Part shown: piece by piece, positions 28,062 to 36,541 of the stretch
Numbering within the stretch: the first letter of the stretch is position 1
Layout: every line of letters starts with the position of its first letter
Origin: Thermoprotei archaeon
GTDB lineage: Archaea > Thermoproteota > Thermoprotei_A > EX4484-217-1
NCBI GenBank assembly: GCA_021158265.1
Contig: JAGGUY010000037.1
Location: forward strand, 1 to 38,234
DNA: 38,234 bases
Direction: 5' to 3'
The notes under the pieces: model-generated
The model's input: the letters and a program-made list of their open reading frames with translations, nothing else
What the model was told of the DNA's origin: nothing
The model's database searches: none
Translations under genes and position numbers: made by a program

Positions 28062-28086
28062 AGCCAGCAAGAAATTCTTGCTGGCT
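28062..28086. promoter_or_regulatory. Perfect palindrome (12-bp arms) upstream of ssb
   Basis: AGCCAGCAAGAA-A-TTCTTGCTGGCT, about 27 nt downstream of TATA-like CTTAAATA (28028-28035). Confidence 0.6.
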
Positions 28087-28114
28087 AAACACGGTTAAAA
28101 TAGAGAGGAAAAAT

Positions 28115-28537
28115 TTGTCTAAAAAAGAAGTTAAAATAAAAGATCTAAAACCCGGAATGGACAATATAGATCTTAAAGTACGGGTTCTAGAGGCATATAA
28201 GCCAAAAATTATTCAGACAAGAAAGGGTTCAAGAATAATTTCTGAAGCAATTGTAGGTGACGATACGGGAAGAACGAAAATGACGCTATGGGGTAAAAAG
28301 GCGGGAACTGTTGAAGAAGGAGATGCTTTGGAAATAAAGAATGCCTTTGTAACAGTCTTTAAGGGACAAGCTCAACTTAACGTAGGTAAGCAAGGGGAAA
28401 TAGTGAAAATAGAGGATAATGAAGTAGTTTCTAAAGAAGAAGTACCCGAAAATGTACCTAAAGTTGAAGGAGGCTATAGAAGAACATTTTCTCCTAGGAG
28501 AAAAGGTCCTTATAGGAATAAACGCAGAGGTTACTAA
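28115..28537 (+). CDS. ssb: Crenarchaeal single-stranded DNA-binding protein
   Basis: Single OB fold (KIKDLKPG..VRVLE..IQTRKG.R.ISEAIVGD.TGR..LWG) plus a basic flexible tail. Confidence 0.92.
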   Translation: MSKKEVKIKDLKPGMDNIDLKVRVLEAYKPKIIQTRKGSRIISEAIVGDDTGRTKMTLWGKKAGTVEEGDALEIKNAFVTVFKGQAQLNVGKQGEIVKIEDNEVVSKEEVPENVPKVEGGYRRTFSPRRKGPYRNKRRGY

Positions 28538-28538
28538 A

Positions 28539-28817
28539 ATGCAAAGTGAGAATATAGGGGAGGAAAAGTTCGTAAGAAATGGCACTGCCGTGGGGAAGAG
28601 CGAAGAAGGATATATTGTATCATTAGATGAGGAACACGCCTACTCCTTAAACCCAGCAGCATTCTACGTATGGCTTCTCTGTGATGGAGAATTAACTGTG
28701 AATGAGATCATAGATAAAATAGCTAAATCAACGGGTCTTGTACGAAGCGAACTTGAAGAACCTGTGAAACTTATCATAAATGAGCTTGTAAAAGCAAGTT
28801 TACTGAAAAAGGCTTAA
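28539..28817 (+). CDS. PqqD-like (RiPP recognition element fold) protein
   Basis: YSLNPAAFYVWLLCDGELTVNEI..I...L...SLL is the PqqD pattern; ATG 1 nt after the ssb stop. Confidence 0.8.
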   Translation: MQSENIGEEKFVRNGTAVGKSEEGYIVSLDEEHAYSLNPAAFYVWLLCDGELTVNEIIDKIAKSTGLVRSELEEPVKLIINELVKASLLKKA

Positions 28818-28914
28818 GATGAAAACTAATAGCCTAATATTGAAATAACTTTTATTTTTTCGAAGTCAATATTATAATGTTTAAATACTTTGATTTCTTA
28901 GTTAAAGAAATAGT

Positions 28915-29577
28915 GTGAATGGCGAGATGCAGGCTGAAATAGCTTTCAGACTAGGTATACCTGCTTTAGATGAGAGAATAGGAACTATTAAATCAGGATA
29001 CCTTATTCTCATAGAGGGAGGCGTTGAAACTTACCCTTATCTCTTGCTACATAGGATAGGCTTTACTATTGCAAGAGACTACGGCTTAAAAATAACATAT
29101 ATTGTGATGTTTGATGATTATGAAGAATATTATGAAGCATCTGTTAACGTAGGTTTAGACATAAGGACGTTGAGATACAGGAAACTTTGGAAATATGTTA
29201 GAGTAGATTCATTCGAATCTGTCATTAAACAGGTTTTAGACGAGAGTGAAAAGACTGTAATTTTAGTTGATGCTACATCAGCTAAAATAAGGTTTGGTCA
29301 TAAAGAACTTGCGTTCTTAAAGAACTCTCTAAGAAACAATAATTTAGCTTTACTTCTAGCTATAACACCTGAGCTCCTCGACAAAGAGGAAGTAGCAGCT
29401 GCGGAAAAAATAGCAAATATAGTGTTAAGACTTCATTTCAAAATAGTGTCTGATGAGCCTAGATATATTATGGAGCTTATAAAACATAAAACAATGCCTA
29501 AAAATGCGGTGATATTAACGTACAGTATAGGGGCTTTAGGTGTGAGAATAGAAAGACTTCAGAAAATACCCTCCTAG
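28915..29577 (+). CDS. Degenerate KaiC/ArlH-like RecA-fold protein
   Basis: LGIPALDE.IG.I..G.LILIEG start typical of the KaiC family; Walker A replaced by GGVETYPY; VILVD Walker B-like strand; IRIE-like tail. Confidence 0.72.
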   Translation: MNGEMQAEIAFRLGIPALDERIGTIKSGYLILIEGGVETYPYLLLHRIGFTIARDYGLKITYIVMFDDYEEYYEASVNVGLDIRTLRYRKLWKYVRVDSFESVIKQVLDESEKTVILVDATSAKIRFGHKELAFLKNSLRNNNLALLLAITPELLDKEEVAAAEKIANIVLRLHFKIVSDEPRYIMELIKHKTMPKNAVILTYSIGALGVRIERLQKIPS

Positions 29578-29667
29578 AATATTAAGGCCAATAAAATTTT
29601 AAACATATTATCTAACATAGATAGTTTATGTGAATATGTCAAAAATAGTGTATAGTAGGAGGAAGCA

Positions 29668-31275
29668 ATGGGGATAATAGATAGGGTATTTAGGAAAAAT
29701 AATAACAATAACACGGTGACTGTAGAGAAGAAACCATCCATTTCAACTCACGCATTGGTTTCGGAACAAAAGACTATTACTAAGGAAAGAGTCATAGTAA
29801 AGAATATTTATGCAGTCAATCCTCCATATGCTTATATCATGATCTTCACAGATAAAAAAGGCATATTAAGATACCATGTTCTTGAACCTTTCCTAACAAT
29901 TGAAGAAAAGGATATATTAAAGGATCTTAAGGAGCTCATACTTGAAGAAGTAAGAATACCTATAGGTGTTCTTAAAAACTATGAAGAAGCTAAGAAATCT
30001 CTTAGCCAAACAATAGATTCCTTAGTTAAGAGTTATCGAATACGTCTTACAAAACAGTCACTTAATAAGATAAAATATTACATAATAAGGGACTTGATAG
30101 GTTATGGTGAAATAGACCCCATTTATAGAGACCCCTATGTTGAAGACATAGTTTGTGATGGCTACAATATTCCAGTGTATGTGTATCATAGAGATTTCGA
30201 ATGGATGCCTACAAACGTGGTTTTCAAAGATCCTGACGAATTAGAAAGCTTTATTAGAAGATTAGCTTTTCGTGCAGGACAAAGCATAACATATGCTCGA
30301 CCCATAGTTGAAGGACCGTTACCTCCTGAAGGGTTTAGAGCTCATTTAACATTAAAGGAGGTCTCTAGAAGAGGAAGCACATTTACAATTAGAAAGTATA
30401 GTGCAGAACCATATACCATTGTTAACCTACTTAAATTTAACACCTTAAATACGGACATAGCTGCCTACTTATGGCTACTTCTAGATAATGTTATGAGCTT
30501 AATGGTCTTAGGCCAAATGGCCTCCGGAAAAACAACGCTACTTAACGCCATAGCTATGATGATTAGACCTGAAGCAAAAATCGTCACAATAGAGGAAACC
30601 CCTGAAATAAGACTGGCCCATGAAAACTGGGTTCCCATGACAGTAAGGCCAAGCTTTGAACCTGGAGTTCAGGATATCACACTTTTCGAACTTCTGAAGA
30701 GCGCGTTAAGGCAAAGACCCGAATACATAATCGTTGGAGAAATTAGAGGGAGAGAGGCATACACTTTCTTCCAAGCTATGGCTGTAGGTCATGGAGGATT
30801 AACTACAATACATGGTGAAAGCGTCCAAGCAGTTATTTCAAGACTAGAGAATGAGCCCATGAATATTCCTAGAATACTCATACCACTCATTAAAACCTTC
30901 ATCCACATGGGCAGAGTTAGAGTGAGAGGCGAAGGAGAACTTAGAAGGAGAGTTCTCAGGGTAGTTGAAACCGTAGGTATAGAAACAACAACGAAAGAAA
31001 TAATACTTAACGAAGTATATACATGGGACCCATTAACTGACTCGTGGAAGTTCTCTGGAAGAAGCTTTGCTTTCGAACATATAGCTACAAACAGAGGAAT
31101 ACCATTAAGTGACGTTTACAATGATTTTGAACGTAGAAAGGTAGTGTTAGAATGGATGAAAATAACTAATAAGACAACATTTTCAGAAGTAGCTGAAGTA
31201 ATAAGAAGTTACTACAGAGATCCTGAGGAAGTTTATAGAGAAGCAGAATCTGTCGTTAGAAGGAGGGTGCTTTAG
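29668..31275 (+). CDS. Type IV pilus/secretion assembly ATPase (PilB/ArlI family)
   Basis: GYGEIDP..DP.VEDI.CDG, TIRK, GQMASGKTT, TIEETPE, LRQRPEYIIVGEIRG and GHGGLTTIH motifs. Confidence 0.95.
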   Translation: MGIIDRVFRKNNNNNTVTVEKKPSISTHALVSEQKTITKERVIVKNIYAVNPPYAYIMIFTDKKGILRYHVLEPFLTIEEKDILKDLKELILEEVRIPIGVLKNYEEAKKSLSQTIDSLVKSYRIRLTKQSLNKIKYYIIRDLIGYGEIDPIYRDPYVEDIVCDGYNIPVYVYHRDFEWMPTNVVFKDPDELESFIRRLAFRAGQSITYARPIVEGPLPPEGFRAHLTLKEVSRRGSTFTIRKYSAEPYTIVNLLKFNTLNTDIAAYLWLLLDNVMSLMVLGQMASGKTTLLNAIAMMIRPEAKIVTIEETPEIRLAHENWVPMTVRPSFEPGVQDITLFELLKSALRQRPEYIIVGEIRGREAYTFFQAMAVGHGGLTTIHGESVQAVISRLENEPMNIPRILIPLIKTFIHMGRVRVRGEGELRRRVLRVVETVGIETTTKEIILNEVYTWDPLTDSWKFSGRSFAFEHIATNRGIPLSDVYNDFERRKVVLEWMKITNKTTFSEVAEVIRSYYRDPEEVYREAESVVRRRVL

Positions 31276-31277
31276 AC

Positions 31278-32162
31278 GTGGGGATCTCCCATTTCGCATA
31301 TAGCATTCTCAGAAACACTTTCATTTTCAAAGGATTTTTTAAATATCTTTCATGGCTTGAGCCGTATCTTGTGTATTCAGGCATTCAAATGCCACTTAGA
31401 AGATATGTAGCGCTAATTTCATTTATAACAATCTCGGTATTCATAGTGTCAATGCCTTTATTTGTAATTGTTCATTTTATTTTCTTAAAATACAACTTAA
31501 CATTTTCAATTATAGCTTCCTTAATACTTTCATTCATATTAACCATAATTACCCTTTCATTAATGATATATTTTCCAGTGTTTAAAGCGAAAAGTAGGCT
31601 TGAAGCTCTTGAGGCAAGGCTTCCATACATAATTTCGTACATGACTGTTCTATCTTATGCTGGAAGGAATCTTGAAAGTATTCTTGCTAAATTAGCTGAG
31701 AAAGGCGAGCTATTTGGAATGAAGGAGGATGCAACACGTATGCTAAGGAAGATATCTATTCTGGGTATGGATACTGCAAGAATGCTTTTAGAGGAAGCAA
31801 AGAACACCCCATCAATAATATGCTCTTCTCTTCTTGAAAGCTTAGCTGGAATTGTTGAAACAGGTAAAGGGTTAAGTGAATTTTTAGAGCAAGAGCTAAC
31901 TAATGTTTTAAGGGCAAGAGAAGCTAAAATGCGTGAGGTACTTAACTCTCTTTCTGTATTCATGGAGCTTTTCGTTAGCCTCGTAGTTGTTATGCCGTTA
32001 GTTTTAACAATAATGCTTTCAATAATGGCTACTCTTGGAGGCCGAGGGTTACCTATAAATCCCATGCAATTGCTGTTCCTAATACACTTCATAATAACCC
32101 CTACTTTAGCTATAATAATAGTGATAATGATTGACTCGTTAATATCGAAGATTTCAGCATAG
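31278..32162 (+). CDS. Type IV pilus platform membrane protein (TadC/PilC, T2SSF) 1
   Basis: TM helices, LP....YM..L and TPS....L..L...VETG motifs; follows the ATPase. Confidence 0.88.
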   Translation: MGISHFAYSILRNTFIFKGFFKYLSWLEPYLVYSGIQMPLRRYVALISFITISVFIVSMPLFVIVHFIFLKYNLTFSIIASLILSFILTIITLSLMIYFPVFKAKSRLEALEARLPYIISYMTVLSYAGRNLESILAKLAEKGELFGMKEDATRMLRKISILGMDTARMLLEEAKNTPSIICSSLLESLAGIVETGKGLSEFLEQELTNVLRAREAKMREVLNSLSVFMELFVSLVVVMPLVLTIMLSIMATLGGRGLPINPMQLLFLIHFIITPTLAIIIVIMIDSLISKISA

Positions 32163-32179
32163 CGGAGGTTAAAGGCGTA

Positions 32180-33127
32180 ATGAAAAGAAAGATGAGAAGG
32201 AAAATAAAAACTAGGCAAACAACAAAAGAGCTAATAATTTTGCTTGGATCATCAATTACCTCGCTTATTTTACTCTTCTTAGCGCTATTTGTCTTCAAAG
32301 TTTTAAAAAACATAAAGACACTAATAATGCCAGGACCGGTACCTATAATCCTACCCTACAATGTGGGCTTCATAAATTTAATGGTGCTTTTCATACTTAC
32401 CCTCATAACACCATATGCTGTATACAAGTACATGCTCTTTAGGAGGAAGAAACGTGTTGAAATGCTAATGCCCATACTACTGTACGATTTAGCAGGACTT
32501 GTTAGAGCAGGACATACTGTACCCAAGGCGTTAGAGATAGAGTTAGAGAAAGACCTGGGACCACTTAACGAGCTCTTAGAGAAAGCTCTCATAAGAATAA
32601 CTTTAGGAGATGATGTTTCACGAGCTTTAAGCGAAACATTCAAAGACCAAACGATAGTTACTAGGAGGTTTATTGAAACCATAGCTGAAGCTCATGAAAG
32701 TGGAGGTAGAGCAGCACAAGTATTAATGGAAGCTTCAATGCATGCATCAAGACTTCAAGCTTTCGAAGAGGAGAGAAAACGTAACATGAAGGTTTATGTT
32801 TCAATAATCTATGCTGCAATATTAATTTTCCTTGTTTCTTCAGCCTTTCTCTTATTCTTTAATGCTGCTCTCTATGAAGAAGCTGCTCGTAAAGGGGCTA
32901 TGGGCACCTTCATAACTCTCTTTCTTAGACCTGACCAACTTAAGGGAATACTTTATTATGCAACAATATTCATAACTATTCCTTCAAGCATAGCTATCGG
33001 GAAGATAAGGTCCGGCTATGCTGTTGAAGGGTTAATACATATGGCTATATTATTGACTATAGTTATGGTGTTCTACACGTTTGTAGACTATATGGTTCAA
33101 TTAATGCTTAAAACTATGATTTTTTAG
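32180..33127 (+). CDS. Type IV pilus platform membrane protein (TadC/PilC, T2SSF) 2
   Basis: P..L.DLA....AG, GPL, A.ESGG....VL and GKIR.G....GL.H motifs. Confidence 0.88.
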   Translation: MKRKMRRKIKTRQTTKELIILLGSSITSLILLFLALFVFKVLKNIKTLIMPGPVPIILPYNVGFINLMVLFILTLITPYAVYKYMLFRRKKRVEMLMPILLYDLAGLVRAGHTVPKALEIELEKDLGPLNELLEKALIRITLGDDVSRALSETFKDQTIVTRRFIETIAEAHESGGRAAQVLMEASMHASRLQAFEEERKRNMKVYVSIIYAAILIFLVSSAFLLFFNAALYEEAARKGAMGTFITLFLRPDQLKGILYYATIFITIPSSIAIGKIRSGYAVEGLIHMAILLTIVMVFYTFVDYMVQLMLKTMIF

Positions 33128-34136
33128 ATCGTATTTTAGAGGCAATATTTCTTACGACATTCAGAACGTTATTTATTATCTCTTCTATGCTTCCGCCATG
33201 AACCAAGTTTATTCCTTGGCTTGAAGCTACCCTTATAACATTCTCTGAAATTTTGTTGGAAACATAAACATATTGTATCCCTGGGAAGTCCATGTACTTA
33301 GCTATGTGTGCTAATAAATCAGTAACTTGTGTTTCATCGCCGGATGAAGGTCTATAGTCTATGCTGATTATTGGGGTTCCGTTACTCTTAATTACTATGT
33401 CAAATCTATGATTTACTCCAGAAATACCTTTTAATTCAACATTCGTTTCAGTTTCAAATCCTGCTTTTCTTAAAGCTACAAACATGAGTTTTCTTACAAG
33501 ATCTCCCGATGTAATAAGTTCTGTGCCTTTATCTGTTATTTTGAACATATATACTGGCTTATAGTTGGCTGTTAGAATATCGAATGTAGTATTGCAGTTT
33601 CTACATATGAATTCGATTTTAGGCCTATCTGCTCTACGTCCACAATCTAAACATTCAAATATTTCACCTAAAATTCTATAGTCTACATCGAGTTCTCTTA
33701 GTCTGATTCCACAATTAGGGCAAACAAGCATTTCCTTGCCTTTCTCAAATACTCTTTTAAACCTTATTTCGGTATCCACATAACCACACGTTATGTGCTG
33801 TATTATGCTTGTTCTAACCATGTTTATTGAGTTGCATGATGGACATTTATACCTTGTTCCGACATGTATGCTACCACATTTGGGGCATTCAATAACTCTA
33901 TCAACTATTTCTCTTTCAATAAATTTTAGGTCTATAAGTTTCTCTATTTTCTCTGACCACTCGGGAAAGTTTTTTAGCTCGGGATATTCAATGCCTTTCT
34001 CAAGATGTATTATGGGTTTTATTTCTCTCCTATTAACCATAATCTCTAGTATTCTAAGCAGAACAGGGTCTTCGAGAAGCTTCTCAGCAAGAGCAGTTAT
34101 GTCTATGGTCTCTTTTGCTTCAACAGCTTCGGACAA
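33114..34136 (-). CDS. TackOD1-like multi-zinc-ribbon protein with C-terminal restriction-endonuclease-like domain
   Basis: CPKC, CPSC, HITCGY, CPNC, CLDC and CRNC ribbons; C-terminal ELKGISGVNHRFDIV motif. Confidence 0.78.
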   Translation of the reverse strand: MSEAVEAKETIDITALAEKLLEDPVLLRILEIMVNRREIKPIIHLEKGIEYPELKNFPEWSEKIEKLIDLKFIEREIVDRVIECPKCGSIHVGTRYKCPSCNSINMVRTSIIQHITCGYVDTEIRFKRVFEKGKEMLVCPNCGIRLRELDVDYRILGEIFECLDCGRRADRPKIEFICRNCNTTFDILTANYKPVYMFKITDKGTELITSGDLVRKLMFVALRKAGFETETNVELKGISGVNHRFDIVIKSNGTPIISIDYRPSSGDETQVTDLLAHIAKYMDFPGIQYVYVSNKISENVIRVASSQGINLVHGGSIEEIINNVLNVVRNIASKIRSKKS

Positions 34137-34246
34137 GTGTTAGCACCTTTATTTTTTAGCACTTGCTTTTCGGTAAATGCCGTGTTTCTTTAGTATCTAA
34201 ACTTTTTAATAAAATTGTTCCCAACGAGAACTATGCTTCAAGTAGG

Positions 34247-34690
34247 TTAATAGTTTCTCGCTCTATGCTTATATGTTTTGTCGAAACCTATTATGTGTAT
34301 AACTGTGTAACCTTGTTTTACAAGAGTATCTGATATGAATCTTCTATGGCATTTGAACCAGAGCTTTTCAGAACACATTATTGCAACATTGTGCTTACTG
34401 CTGTTAATAATTCTTTTTAACTTCTCTATGCCCTTTACATATTCCTCTGTGTTCATGTAGTGCTTGTATCCACCACTTCTAAACCCTCCTAATTCCTTAC
34501 CAAGCCAAATATATGAGATACCTTCCATTAGGAGGGTTTTGGATAGGTTGTTTCTTTCGAAGTGAGGGTATTTTTTACTTGTAGGAAATCTTCTAACATC
34601 AATTACTGTGCCTATATTGTAATGTTTAAGTAATCTAATGAATTCATCTATACTTCTATTAGAGTGTCCTACTGTATAAACGATCTTTAC
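34247..34690 (-). CDS. DUF488-family protein; N-terminus lacks an in-frame canonical start
   Basis: Frame extends to VKIVYTVGHSNRSIDEF..VIDVRRFPTS, then ELGGFR and MCSE....CHR; the only nearby ATG (34690-92) is out of frame (ATG TAA). Confidence 0.82.
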   Translation of the reverse strand, partial: VKIVYTVGHSNRSIDEFIRLLKHYNIGTVIDVRRFPTSKKYPHFERNNLSKTLLMEGISYIWLGKELGGFRSGGYKHYMNTEEYVKGIEKLKRIINSSKHNVAIMCSEKLWFKCHRRFISDTLVKQGYTVIHIIGFDKTYKHRARNY

Positions 34691-34779
34691 ATGTACTCAC
34701 CATAATGTTTTATTATTTTCTGAGGATATTAATGATTTTTGAGGCTAAATGTTCTCTATTTCATGAGGAAGTATGGGTC

Positions 34780-35265
34780 ATGGTGAAATCTAAAGGAAAA
34801 TTTACTATTAGAAAAGCTACGATTAACGATATAGATAAGGTTATCTACATAAATAGGGTTTCTCTTCCTGAAAATTACACTAGGTATTTCTTTGTAGAAC
34901 ACCTTAACAAGTGGTCTAACGCATTTTATGTTGCAGAGGTTGACGGAGAAGTTGTAGGTTACGTTATGTCACGTGTTGAGCTGGGATGGGGTATTACGAA
35001 GCTTGGACTTGTGAAGAAAGGGCATATTGTCTCTCTGGCTGTTCTCGAGAAGTATAGGCGTAAAGGCATAGGAACAGCTCTTATGAAAGCTGCCTTAGAG
35101 GGGTTAAAAAACTATGGTGTTAAGGAAGTATATCTTGAAGTTAGGGTTTCAAACACACCAGCAATAAGGCTTTATGAGAAACTCGGCTTTGTTAAGAAGA
35201 GAATAATTCCCTCATACTACTTAGACGGAGAAGATGCATACCTTATGGTTAAACCTATTCAGTAA
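34780..35265 (+). CDS. GNAT protein N-terminal acetyltransferase (Ard1/RimI type)
   Basis: LPENY, VGYVM.RVE.G, GHIVSLAV..YRRKGIG, LEVRVSN..AI.LY and YY.DGEDA motifs. Confidence 0.93.
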   Translation: MVKSKGKFTIRKATINDIDKVIYINRVSLPENYTRYFFVEHLNKWSNAFYVAEVDGEVVGYVMSRVELGWGITKLGLVKKGHIVSLAVLEKYRRKGIGTALMKAALEGLKNYGVKEVYLEVRVSNTPAIRLYEKLGFVKKRIIPSYYLDGEDAYLMVKPIQ

Positions 35266-35334
35266 TGCAAAGAACCCTAGATTTTTTAAACGAAACTTTG
35301 GAAAATAGACTTCTACGAAGAGGGAGGTACTGCT

Positions 35335-36066
35335 ATGTCCGAATCGAAATATGTTCTAGTAAGAATAAAAAGAGGCTTAATCAATGGACTTAAGGCAAAA
35401 TACTATGTTTTAGCTGCTGAAAAACCTGTTGAAGAACAATTCACAAACGAAAACCTTAGATTGGAGAGAATAGATCCACAAATAAATTTTGTATGGTGGG
35501 ATAAGCCTGCTCCAGAAATTCCGGCAGACTTCTTTGGTGTAGAATGGGAAGGCTTTCTTAGAGTAACTCAGGGAGGCCTCTACAGATTCTACCTACTCAC
35601 AGACGATGGCGCTAAACTATGGCTTAATGACGAATTAATAATTGATGCTTGGAAAGATCAAGCACCTACGGTCTACCATAGCGACCTATTAGGGCTAGGT
35701 GCAGGCTACCATAAGATCTTTGTTAGATTTTACAATAAATTCGCTTTCGGGGAGATAATTCTGGGATGGATAAGGCCTGATGGTGTAGCTGAAATTATTC
35801 CTCAAGAAAACTATGCTATTCCATCAGATACTAAAATAGTTGTTGAAGGAGTTACTGAAGGGTATCGTGTAGAATTTTGGAGCGGAGGTAAAATACTTGA
35901 AGCAGTAGCTAATAAGAAGAACAAGGCGATCCTAGATGCAACTAAGCTTGTGAAACCACAGGATGGATACTTTAAAATACTTACGCCTGATGGAAAACAT
36001 GTTTTCGAAAGCCCGGTTATAAGGGATGTATGGGGAGGAGATGTTTTCCAGCTAGGCGAAGGCTAG
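35335..36066 (+). CDS. PA14-domain protein
   Basis: NGL.AKYY, RIDPQINF.W, F.V.W.GFL, YRF...TDDGA.LW and YHKI motifs; no signal peptide. Confidence 0.85.
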   Translation: MSESKYVLVRIKRGLINGLKAKYYVLAAEKPVEEQFTNENLRLERIDPQINFVWWDKPAPEIPADFFGVEWEGFLRVTQGGLYRFYLLTDDGAKLWLNDELIIDAWKDQAPTVYHSDLLGLGAGYHKIFVRFYNKFAFGEIILGWIRPDGVAEIIPQENYAIPSDTKIVVEGVTEGYRVEFWSGGKILEAVANKKNKAILDATKLVKPQDGYFKILTPDGKHVFESPVIRDVWGGDVFQLGEG

Positions 36067-36122
36067 CACAGAATTTAAATCCACCTCATCTATGCTTTTA
36101 AATTTCCAGACTTAACTAGTGG

Positions 36123-36458
36123 GTGTTTAGGAAAGTGAAAGGTAGGGATGCTATCGAAGTTAAGAAAACGTTGGGAATAATAATTTCTGATTCTAAATTG
36201 ACAGTTCTAGGCTTCAGTATAAGTGAGGCTTTCGAATATGTGGAGAAAATTTGGGAGAAATTAAAGAAGGAAATACCGGAAAGCCTGTGGAATAAGATTA
36301 CTGTTGAAGTTTCCGGCATAAGCAATTTAGGAAATAAAATGTCATTTAAGTGGAGCGTAACAATAGACACTAATGGTGAAAACGAGGTTTTCGAAGATTT
36401 ACTCCTAATGCTTACTGAAAATAACTTCTTCGTTAAAGGCGATATAGAAATAATATAG
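36123..36458 (+). CDS. Hypothetical protein
   Basis: 111-aa ORF co-oriented with neighbours, normal composition; no motif recognised. Confidence 0.6.
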   Translation: MFRKVKGRDAIEVKKTLGIIISDSKLTVLGFSISEAFEYVEKIWEKLKKEIPESLWNKITVEVSGISNLGNKMSFKWSVTIDTNGENEVFEDLLLMLTENNFFVKGDIEII

Positions 36459-36541
36459 GGTTACAGTGTTTTACAACACAAGGTTTAAGTTTAAAAGCAG
36501 TATAGAGCTTTTCTTGAAGAAATATCGAGGTATATTAAACT

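Noticed and set aside
29668-33127. Archaellum operon
   Set aside because: No archaellin, ArlF or ArlG; two short TadC genes instead of one ArlJ.
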